From assembly GCA_964199315.1 (NCBI GenBank), contig OZ116708.1:27342001-27406000 (forward strand): DNA of 64,000 bases. Direction: 5' to 3'. The DNA is from Orbicella franksi. Its lineage: Eukaryota. A program made the translations under genes and the position numbers. The notes beneath the pieces were generated by a model that did not search any database, was not told the origin of the DNA, and worked only from the letters and a program-made list of their open reading frames with translations. The stretch's first letter is position 1, and each line of letters starts with the position of its first letter. Positions 35,901 to 47,900 of the stretch are shown here, in pieces.

Positions 35901-38900
35901 AAGGTCTGTGCTTGTGATTAAGGACCACCTACATGTATTCCCAACCCTCCACCTCTTTTAGCTTGATTGACATAAATTTGCAAAAATAGTGACAGCTATT
36001 GTCTGAGTACCTTTTCTAGTTCAGCTGGGTTATATACATGTATGTATAAAGTTAGCCTTGCATACATTCAACTTGTGGTACTGCCATTTTTAATATGTTT
36101 TATAACATTGCATCAGTAGTACCCCACCATTGGCATTCATGTCCAATACTCCCAACTAGAGTTGATTCGTCTGAGGCACTTGACAATTCGACTCGATTCG
36201 CACAGAGTCGATCCGCATCACCGGAAGTCAAGACCCGTGAAATAATGATACATAAATGTTTCTCGTTCTTAAAACGTGACTACAAACTTGAGTCGATTTG
36301 TGTGAGGTACTTAACGATTCGAATCGATTCACGCGGAGTCAATCCGCACCACCACAAGTCAAGACCCGTGAAATAATACATGAACGTTCCTCGTTCTTAA
36401 AACGTGACAACAAACTTGAGTCGATTTGTGTGAGGTACTTAACGATTTGACTCGATTCGAATGGAGTCGATCAACCTCATTTCCAGGGTCTGTCATCTTA
36501 CCGCCCTCTTTGCTCGCTCCAGGGGGCGGTAAGATGAGAGACCCTGGGAACGAGGTTGGGAGTCGATCTGCACCACCGGAAGTCGATACCCATGAAATAA
36601 TGATAAATGAACGTTTGTCGTTCTAAAAACATGGCGACAAACTTCGGTCAATTCAGTGAGGCACTTAACGAAGTAACTCGATTAGTCGGGAATGTTTCCT
36701 GCAAAGTGGAATCATTTCCCTGGAAGTCTACTCACAGTAGGAAGTAACTGGGGTGTGAATTTTTTGACGATTCGAGTCGATTCGCCCAATTAGTCGCGAA
36801 TCGTCTTTTGCAAAGTCGAATCGTCTCACCGGAAATCGACTTGCGGTAGGCAATAACAGGGGGTGTGAAATTGTTGCAATTTGAGTCGATTCGGCATTGC
36901 AAAGTCGAATCGTCTCACTGGAAGTCGACTTGCGCTAGGCAATAACTGGGAGTGTGAAATTGTTGTGGTTCGAGTCGATTCGCACGATTCGTCGCGAATC
37001 GGCCTTGCAAAGTCGAATCGTTTCACCGGAAGTCGACTCGCGGAAGGTATAATAGGGTTGAGGACCTGTCATTAGGTTAAAAACACTGGCATTTCAATAA
37101 AGTTAATTCACTCATTCATTCATTCATCCATCCATCCATCCACACGACTCGCCCGTGGCCAATGGTTTGTTTAAAGGCTGAATACTTTGACCACATGCTC
37201 TCTCTGGTCACAGGATTCTTCTTGAAGGCGCATGTTAATTTCACGTTGTTCGCGTATACAGAAATTACCTAAGTTAATTACCTAATGTTAATCCAGTGAT
37301 ATTGAAATGTTATTCTTCAATTCGATGTGTGCTTTCTTCACTAGAAAAGCCTTGGCTTTGTTCCCCAACAACGATTGGTAACAGAGCCCAAGCTTTTTTA
37401 TAACTGGATCGATTGGTTAATTTATTATTACTTCACAATCCTTTCTGATAACCTGTTTCTTATTTCTACATTATAGTTAAAGCTCGTAATATATGTTTAC
37501 AAAAAGACGGCCATTATGGCGTTTTCCGCGGAATATTGACGCTGGTTTGTGCACTTTACTAGAACACTGTCCGGATCATCAAACTACGGTGGCCCGTAAG
37601 GGCCAACTGGATTTGAGTATCTTTTTTTCTAACCAAAATATTACTGTCGATTTTGTTTGGGTCTCAGTAACACGAGATCTCGACTAAGTAACGCGAGATC
37701 TCGACTTGTAACACGAGATCTTGACTTACAACACGAGATCTCGACTTAGAAACACGAGATCTCGACTTATAACACGAGATCTCGACTTAGAAACGTGAGA
37801 TCTCGACTTATAACACAAGATCTCCACTTGGTAACGCGAGATCTCGACTTACAACACGAGATCTCGACTTAGCAACGCGAGATCTCGACTTATAACGCGA
37901 GTTCTCGACTTAGTAACACGAGATCTCGACTTATAATGTGAGATCTCGTGTTAATAACGCGAGATCTCGACTTATAATGCGTGATCTCGACTTAGTAACA
38001 CGAGATCTCGAATTATAACTCGTGAACATGAGAACTCGGCAAATCATATATTGTGTAACTCGTTAGCACATGGCCAACGTTAATGGTTTACACGTATGAT
38101 GCAGGTGTTTACTCCTTTATCTGGATCTGTTAGCAACGTTTGTGGCTGCAATTTTAAAGATCGCAAGCTAGCTGCTTTTGTACTTTCTTTGGTGTTGTTT
38201 TGTTCCAGTTTTTAAGCCATTAATGCGGTATTGCCATCTTATCTTCCCGCTCTTGGAGTGGCTTACCATGGGAGAGACTCATTAGTGCAACAGTATTTTG
38301 ATCTTGGTTTGAACTATGTTGAAATTATATCCTTTTTACTGTTAGTTCATGGTACAAGTTTAAGTCTCAGGCAATTAAAGAGAATTCTTCGAAGGAAAGG
38401 CATCACGATTTGATCGAATTGAGTCGAATTGACAACATTTTCAACCCACCCTCAAAGCTCAGATGCACTATATTTACTAAGTCTCGCGCAGTATGACGAA
38501 TCGCCAGCAAGGGATACGATTCATGTCGATTCAATCGAATCGTGTTGAATCGACAACATTTTCAACCCACCCTCAAAGCTCAGAAACGCTATATTTACTA
38601 AGTCTCATGCAAATCGACTTCCGACATGACGAATCGACAGCAAGGGATACGATTCATGTCGATTCGATCGAATCGTGTCGAATCGACAACATTTTCAACC
38701 CACCCTCAAAGCCCAGATACGTTATATTTTCTAAGTCTCGCTTAAATCGACTTCCGGTATGACGAATCGACAGCAAGGGATACGATTCGTGTCGATTCGA
38801 TCGAATTGTGTCGAATCGACAACATTTTCAACCCACCCTCAAAGCCCAGATGTGCTATATTTTCTAAGTCTCGTGCAAATCGACTTCCAATATGACGAAT

Positions 38901-41900
38901 CGACAGCAAGGGACACGATTCGTGTCGATTCAATCGAGTCGTGTCGAATTGACAACATTTTCAACCCACCCTCAAAGCCCAGATGCGCTATATTTACTAA
39001 GTCTCGTGCAAATCGACTTCCGGTATGACGAATCGACAGCAAGGGATACGATTCATGTCGATTCGATCGAATCGTGTCGAATCGACAACATTTTCAACCC
39101 ACCCTCAAAGTCCAGATGTGCTATATTTTTTAAGTCTTGCGCAAATCGACTTCTGGTATGACGAATAGACAGCAAGGGACACGATTCGTCACAATTTGAT
39201 CGAATCGTGTCGAATCGACAACATTCTCAACCCACCCTTCAAAGCCCAGATGCGCTCTATTTATTTATTTCTCGCTTAAATCGACTTCCGGTATGACGAA
39301 TCGACAGCAAGGGACACGATTCGTGTCGATTCGATCGAGTCGTGTCGAATCGACAACATTTTCAACCCACCCTCAAAGCCCAGATGCGCTATATTTACTA
39401 AGTCACCCTCAAAGCCCAGATGCGCTATATTTACTAAGTCTCGCGCAAATCGACTTCCGGTATGACGAATAGACAGCAAGGGACACGATTCATCACGATT
39501 CGATTGAATCGAGTTGAATCGACAACATTTTCAACCCACCCTCAAAGCCCAGATATGCTATATTTACTAAGTCTCGCGCAAATCGATTTCCGGCATGACG
39601 AATTGACAGCAAGAGAGACGACTCGTGTTGATTCCATCAAAGAGGGTCCTCGAATCGACATCCGGTTGGTTGAATCGTCAACTTAAAACACGAATCGACT
39701 CTAGTTGGGTGTATTGGACAACCCTCACCATTGGTGGGGCATCATCGAGGTCTCATTTTTACAAGTAGTATAATTTGTAACTATGTGGTGACCTTGCTTT
39801 TTATCTTAGGTCATTGTTGTAGAAGCAAGGGGACTGAAGTCTCTTCCACCAAGAATGAAAATTGTTTACTGCACCATGGAGGTAACAAATAATCTATTAT
39901 TTAATTTCTAATTAATTCTTAAAAAGGAAACAACATTTTTCATTTTACAAAACATGTTTTGACATCCCTATGTCATCTTCAGTTGTAAATATTTGACAGT
40001 TGTACATTTGAATTTTCACTCTATACATGATTACGTTATAGAATTATGCCATAAAATTACGTTAACGGTATTGGAATATACTAGGACCAAAGGACTAAAA
40101 AAAGAAAGAAAATAAATAAAATAAAATACATGTAAACAAAGAAGAATTAAACGGAAAGAGACAAATCTAAGTGCGTCAGCTGTTGGTTTAGAGTTAGAAT
40201 TTCCCACTTGATATACAGTGCCTCTTTTATCTTAACTTGAAAACTCGAGGGGGCAGAATCTAGAATTGTGAAAGATTCTGCAGAGCATGAGTCAAGACAA
40301 GTACCTGATGACTGCAAGTGCCTGTAAACATGCGAAGCCTTGTCCGACACAAATGTGGTGAGTGGTCTCACCAATGTAGCAGGCATTACAGCCAGCACAT
40401 GTGAATTTGTAAACGATGTTTATGTGAATGGAAACTCTGTGGCATGGAATCTTTCAGGCTAAACATGCTTCTAACCTTCAATGTAGAAAAAACTAACTTA
40501 ATATCTAGATCAAATTTGCAGTAACATTTAAGCAGCTGTCTTTATTTAATCTGTGCAACTTTAGAAAAACTGCTAACATAAGGGGGTTTGTAGAAATGTG
40601 TAGAAGTTGGGCAGCCCAGTCCGCTCATTTGCAGGATTGACATTCATTTTGACACATTGGTGAGACCACTCACTACATTTGTACACGTGTCCATGAGCAC
40701 CTTGTGTCGGACAAGGCTTCGCATATTTTTAGCTTTGAATACTGCTTTGAAATTAATTGGAATGGATAAATTTACATATGAGTGCAGTCTTAAGACCTAC
40801 AGACATGCCAGACTCATCTTAGGCCTAATATGCTTGTCTATGAGCAGATTACTAATTCATTATATTAGAAGTTACTTTGTGACAGAACCAGGCTTGAGTC
40901 ATATATAATGCCATTATTTCTGCCCTGTAAAGACTTACTGAAATGTGTGTGTATGTTCTTTTCATTGCTTTGTTAGGTGGAAGGTGGAGATAAATTTCAA
41001 ACTGATCAAGCTGAGGCTAGCAAGCCTGTGTAAGTATTAAAATGGCTGGAAAAGACAATTTTGTCCTGCTTGGCAAACAGACCTGCGCCTTGATCAAATG
41101 GATAACAAACAGACCATAAACGATATCATCTGTTAAAACTTTAGCATACATTTTCCCATGTAAGGCCACAGATTAATCTTTTACAATGATTTGGTATCCC
41201 ATGGACTGTTTGATTAGTCTCTTTTTTTTCTCCAAAGATTATATACTAGGCAAGCCTGAATGCTGAAAAGGTTCCAGCTGACTCATTTGTTGTCTGTCAA
41301 TAGATAGCTCATCTGTTTTCAATTGGCACTCTACATATACATAGGTTTGGGAGGAAAATATATACACATGTAATTAGACTACTTGCAGGAATTGTAATCT
41401 GTGACAGATGATCTCTGACTGATCCTTTAATCAATTTGAATGAAGTGGTGTTCCTCAAGTGATCTGTCAACTGATCTGAATTATGCAATCCTCTTTAAAT
41501 GATTTGTTAATTGAAAAGTTGACAAACTCAGAGTTTTGATTTGACTTAGCTGGGAATCTCAAGGTGATTTTACAACTTGCCACCCACGTCCGGTTGTTAA
41601 AGTGAAACTTTATGCAGAGAATTCAGGACTCTTGGCACTTGACGATAAAGAGCTGGGAAAGGTAATGTCAATAAACTACACCCCTCAAAGATGTATTATC
41701 TGGAGGCAACATGGCAGAGTGCTTAGGGTGCCGGACTTGAAATCCGGAGGTTGTGAATTCAAGTCCCGCTCTGACCACCAGCTGGTGTTGTTCTCGGCAG
41801 TCCTGAGTTCAACTCCTCAGTCACACTTGTAAATAGCCACCTGGTCCGTCTCTTGCCAGTTGGGATTTTTAACCATGTTATGTTCATTTACATTGTATTT

Positions 41901-44900
41901 GTTTCATCCTTTGCTTCCATTGGTCCTGAAAATGGGGGAGTGGTCAATTAAGATAATTATATAATTATAATTTTTTTTATTATGTTGTTGATATCAGATA
42001 ATCTTATTTTGTGGTTTCATCAGAGATAAGTTGACAGCAGATAGCCAGTGTGTGCTGTAGTGTATTCTGAAGATTTTCTTTCTCTGAAACATGGCTCTGA
42101 GTTTGTAAAAGTCGTCTAAAATTTTGTGGAGCTAAAAGCACATGTCTGAAGAAAAATAGTTGTAAAAACAGTAGAAGTCACATTTCTATGCCAGTTTATC
42201 TCATTATGCGGCAGCTCTTTACTCCACCCATTCAAACTTTTGATCTTGTTGTAAATGGGTAACGACAGCAGTTGGTGGAATCTGATAGAACACTAGCCAA
42301 GGGCTATTCTGCATCCCATCCAGGGGAAGTAACAATACTACTATTTGTTTCATGCCATGGAAGTCAGGATGAGCTCTTTCTAACAATGTCAAGGGTCACT
42401 TAAGCATTCTCAGGTTATTAGAATATGCAGTAAAAGGATGGTGCATGTTTGTTTTGTTTGTCCAATTATCCTTCGTCCATAGGTGATAATAAAACCGACA
42501 CCCGGAGGATCAGAGCTGCCTGAGCTGTATGATGTTGTGACACCCAAAGGCTGGACTGGTGATAAAGTTAAATTAAAAATTGCCGTCAAGATGGATAAAC
42601 CTGTGAACCTAAAGAAATGTGGGTTAGTGGGTTGACATTAGGCCTTTCCTTATTGAATTGTCTCTACATCTTTATGATATATCTCTTCATTTCCTCTTTT
42701 TTTCAGGATACTTGTTACCCTTTCAGTTCTGAGCTGTGTGGGTCCGCAGACTATTTGATAATGTTATGACAAAATTCATTGTCAATAACAGGACAGACAT
42801 ATGAGACACTGATGTCATTTTGTTAAACATGTAATTTGGAATGACAATTAGCATGATTACATGTAGCAATCCTCCACCTCTTTTTGAGCCAGTTTTTTAA
42901 TTTCATTCTTAGATTGATTTATGTTCAAGGGAAGAGTGTGTGGAAAAAGTGGAAAACACGCTTCTTTGCACTTGTGCAGGTGTGTAATACCATGGCTTCA
43001 TGAGAACATAAATTCCCATATTTCCACCTCTGGCAGTTCAGTCAATGAGACAAATGTTTTTACATAATAAGCAATATGACACTGGTCTCCCTAAGTACAG
43101 CAGCCTATTGCTTGGTGCATTTGACCATGGAAACCAGGTGATTCTCTTTGTGTTATGTTCTTAGGCAGGACCTGTAATTCACTCTTGAGTGTATTTTCTG
43201 ATTCTCCACCCAAAAGTTACAACTCTGCACTGTACATGTAGTTTTTCATTCACATCCTGAAATCCGTTATTAACTAAAGCAATAGCCTGACAACCAGTCA
43301 GTGTGCTTGGATACAGGATTTTGTTATAACAAATTGTACTTTACTCACTTGCTGTAGGTGAGTAATTATACGTTTGCCATGTGCAGTTACCGTGAGAAGC
43401 AGGCCGAGCCCACAGAAATGATGCAGCTGGATGGTTATACTGTGGATTACTGTGAGGCTGTCGGTGGTAGGTCACTAACATAACAAATCAGTAATTAAGG
43501 ATGTTAATGCTTAGTGGTCGCTGCATGATTTCTAATATGGAACAAAGAGGATAAAGTAAGCCTGTGATGAGGTCAGGTGTCAAGGACCATTTCTATGGAC
43601 AACCTCCACTAGGTATGGTTAGTTTAAGACAGTTTTTCTTCAGCTATGAGCCACCTTTGAAACCCAACAGGCAGCTGTCTGAGTGAAACAATGGTGAAAA
43701 GGAGGAAAGGGGAATAAAGAAAATGAAGAATTTCTGGCAAAATAGATCAGCATCGTCCATGAACTGCAGCCTCTTTCCCCTCTGTTAAAGACACTACAGG
43801 GGAACCCTGTTAATACGACCACCTTCGGGCCGAGGAAAATTGGTCATATTAACGGGGTGGTCATATTAAAGGGGTTCTTAAAATAGGAAAATGACTGACT
43901 GAGCTTTTTTTTGGATCAGAACAAAGTGGCCGTAATAACGAGGCGGTTGTATTAATAGGATGGTCATAAGGTGGGGTTCCACTGTTTTCAAATTCAGCGA
44001 TGCCTATGTTTTAGCATGCTTGAAAATGCTGTCGTCAATAACTGGTAGCACTTATAACACCTGCCCATTGTTGTTGACCTTTAGGATTGAATGAATTGCA
44101 CAAAACTGTTTGTTAGTAATTTAAGTGATGCTTTACCAACTGCATTCCTTGATATCAATTTGTGATTTATTTTAATCTGTAGATGAAGAACACAAAGGTG
44201 GAAGGTTTTTCTTCAAAGCTGTGAAGGAGGGTGATCAAGTCTTGTTTGCAACAGAAGAGGAACTCGAGAGACAGATCTGGGTGAACAAACTGTACACTGC
44301 TACTGGCCAGTCACACAAGCCTGTTGCACCAAACCTGTCAGCCGTCAGTGTCCAGCCGCATGTTAATAACACACTGACAAGACTTCAAGGAGGTCAGTTG
44401 TTTGCCGGTCTTTAATTGAAGATTTAAAATTGTAATGAAAACTGTATTAAGACCCAGTACCCTCCTTGTCCTTGTAAATGGCCCTGTCCCACAGTCATTC
44501 TTTGAAAGATCAAGGTTTGAGTTCTCCAGACTACCCCTACTCCTACCAAGAATGTTACCTAATACATTTTAAAAGATGAAAGACCTACCATAAGGTACGT
44601 AATTTGCCTACTTTATGTAAGATGAAATCTGGATCAGGCAATAAATGTCTTTTACTGTCTGAGCTTCAAATCATGGTTTTTGTAGCATGAAGTCATACTA
44701 GGAGTAATCCTACTCCCCATTCCTGGATGGAATGCTAGTCCATCACAGGGTTACCCTCAGTATAGTGGCTAACCATTAATAGGCAACTCTGTGTAAAATC
44801 CCCATTGGAAGACCCTGACAAGCCCAGAGGGGTGAGGCAGTTATTTTGTTAAGATTATGATTGCATTGCCTTCTGTTTTAAATACTGCTCAGTTCTGAGC

Positions 44901-47900
44901 TACATGTATTTTTGTCTTTGTTGTTTATTTGCGTGTTTAGACCATGACCGTGCCAGGAAACATGGACTTGAGGATTTAATTCAAGCTGATCCAAACACAT
45001 TCAACCACCATGTTCTATTTGAGAAGCTGCAGCACCTGACTCTGACACACAGGCTAAATGACTCGTATTCTTGTTTGGTATGAACATTATTTTATACTTT
45101 TTTGTTTTAAATTGGGTGATTCAAGAAAAATATCCATACCCTACCACAGGCAGCCTGAACATTCCCCCACCTTTGCCTTTGGAAATACCAAAATGCTCCA
45201 CCCCATGTCCTCTGAATTCCAAAATCATTAATGTCCTCCCCTCCGGATTTCCGTTTTTTTTACTACAACTATCTGGAATTCCTCGTTTGACTCTCCACAC
45301 TTTTACATCTTCCCAGATGTTTTTGCTAATATTTTTCAGTCAAACAATTGTCTACAGGGCTTGAAATTGCGACTGAAATGGTCACATGCATTTGGGGACC
45401 AAACTTCCTCTTCAGTCGCAATTTTTGCAACTACTGGTAGTTTTTGACTAAACTAGTGAAGAAAGAAAAATTGCAGTTGCTTTGTGTGGCATGCATGCTT
45501 TTATGTTACAGACCTCTGAATGGTAAGCAGATGATTAAACATGGACTGTACACTGCTAAATGATAGCACAATTTTAATGATGGAATCAAAACTTGTCTGT
45601 CTTCAGGGCTGGTTCTCTCCAGGTCAGGTATTTGTTTTAGATGAGTATTGTGCGCGATATGGAGTACGTGGCTGTCACCGTCAATTAAGTTATCTCAGTG
45701 ACTTGCTAGACAGGGCGGAGGCCGGTGTTATGATTGACCCAACCTTGCTACATTACAGCTTTGCATTTTGTGCATCACATGTGCATGGAAACAGGTTTGT
45801 GTCTAATTTTCCATTCTTTACCCCCCCCCCCTAAGTTTCTGCCAATCATTCCTATGTCAGTCACCCCACTGTCAATCATTCTTATGTCAGTCACCCCACT
45901 GACAGTCATTCCTATGTCAGTTACCCCACTGTCAATCATTTGTATGTCAGTCACCCCACTGTCAATCATTTTTATGCCAGTTACCCCACTGTCAATCATT
46001 CGTATGTCAATCACCCCACTGTCAATCATTTTTATGTCAGTCACCCCACTGTCAATCATTCTTGTGTCAGTCACCCCACTGGCGATCATTCCTATTTCAG
46101 TTACCCCACTGTCAATCATTCTCGTGTCAGTCACTACACCGTCAGTCTTCCCACAGTCAATCAGCTTAGTGTTGGTTTGAGACATTATTGATTGCGTTTT
46201 TCATTATACCACTGTTAATTACTACAGGCCAGATGGCTTAGGAACCATCACAGTTGATGAGAAAACCTGGTTTGAGGAGATCAAGATACGACTCTGGAAT
46301 CTTCTTGCCTATCAAATCACTCGCTTCAGGTAGACTAATATCATATTCTACAATTTTTTATCTTTTAACTGGTCCACCTCCAAGGTAAAACTGGGGATAA
46401 AGTGTAAATCCAGCGATAGGTCTCACATCAATAATATTGGTCTAAAAGAATAGATAAACAGTTTGTGGTTTATTTAGATGTTCTTGAGCTGATGAATATA
46501 ATTTCTGTACTTTTTTGTAGATATTCGTTTCCCTTTGGAAGACCTGAAGGTGCCCTGAAAGCAACAATTGCTCTATTTGAGAGGGTGAGCCTTGTAATTT
46601 TTACTTTATTAACTGTATATCTATGTTGGAATCCTCTTATTCCTTAACTCAGTTTTTGAAAGATTAGAACAAAGCTTATGGTGTTGTATTATGGTGCAGG
46701 TCCAAGCTGCAAGCTTTGACTTCCACTGTGAACAGTATGAATCTGTAAACAACTTTCAATTTAACAAGTAGATTAGGAGCTTGAAATTTCTAGTATTGCG
46801 TGTAGGTGGCAATGCTTGGCGGTGCTTTTGTACAAATGTTTAAAATTATTTATTATGGAAACATACTAGGCTTCTATAATATTGGAGGTGTGGTATGCTG
46901 TGTGTGTTAGACTTTGGATGATGAGGTCTTATCAGGGATGTGTACTTTTTAATTGCTGTAATTTTTTTAACTGGCCTGGTTATCTTGTTGTCATTTTCAG
47001 GTTATGATGAAAGATATATCCACACCAGTCCCACCGGAGGAATTCAGAAAAGAAATGAGAAGTTGCCTCCATCAGGCTGCTCTTGTCAATTATACACGGG
47101 TCTCAACTTTTGCAAAGATTGAAGGTGATTCTCAAAATATCCTGAAATTAATTGCAGCTGATTTGAGTTAACAGGCAATTTCTTAGTCCTGTCGCACTTA
47201 TCAGCTCATAGGAAAGAAACCATTTCATGAGTTAACCCTTTGCCTCTTTGCACTAACAAGCCCTAACTCTCAAAACGTCAGTTTTACCAACTAAGTGGCA
47301 GATTAATTTATCCTGGCTTATTAACTTCAGCTTCATAGGTAAATATTTACTTCAGGTAAATAGCCAAGTGTTTTGTGTTTGAGTTATGTACAAAATTACC
47401 TTTACATTGAAGGAAACCTAAAAATAATAGTTCACTAAGATAAAAAAAAAAAACACGAAAGAGATAGTAATAAACAATAAAAGAACAAAGATGTTTAGGG
47501 ATGGAGGAGATTAACACATATTACAAACAAAAAACTTAAAAAATTTAGGCTAGATTTTTCAAGATGCGAAACCGCGATGTAGCTCCTTATCAGTTGATTT
47601 CTTAGTCCTGTTAAACTTATCAGCTTATTAGGAAAGAAGACATTGTGTACATTAGCCCTTTGTCTCTGCTCTGACAAGGCCTAACATTTGAAACGTCAGT
47701 TTTACCAACAAACTACAGTGCCAGTGTAATTTACCCTTATCAACTTCATGTTAATAAATAGCTAAGTGTTTCTCATCTGCTTGTAAACACAGCACAACAG
47801 TTTCTTTGGAAACTAATAACTTTGCCCTTAAGGAGGAAAATTCCATGTATGTGGAGGGTCTGTAGCTTGTAACCTTCACGAAGGGGTGCCGTTCATTTGA

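Larger units (their letters stand above)
36140..39720. mobile_element. 3.6-kb non-autonomous TIR element with tandem-repeat arms and nested insertions, in CADPS intron 4
   Basis: 31-bp TIRs TGTCCAATAC(T/A)CCCAACTAGAGT(T/C)GATTCGT with 2 mismatches. Left arm has about 130-bp and about 85-100-bp repeats; right arm has 133-bp repeats. Confidence 0.8.

Noticed and set aside
37666-38020. CRISPR-like array
   Set aside because: Units are contiguous with no unique spacers, there are no cas genes, and the context is a eukaryotic intron.
38493-39686. Repeated ORFs (MTNRQQG..., MLSIRH...)
   Set aside because: Translations of the 133-bp tandem unit with no domain similarity.
41702-41776. tRNA gene
   Set aside because: Degenerate B box, no clean cloverleaf or acceptor stem, and it runs into a SINE body and tail.
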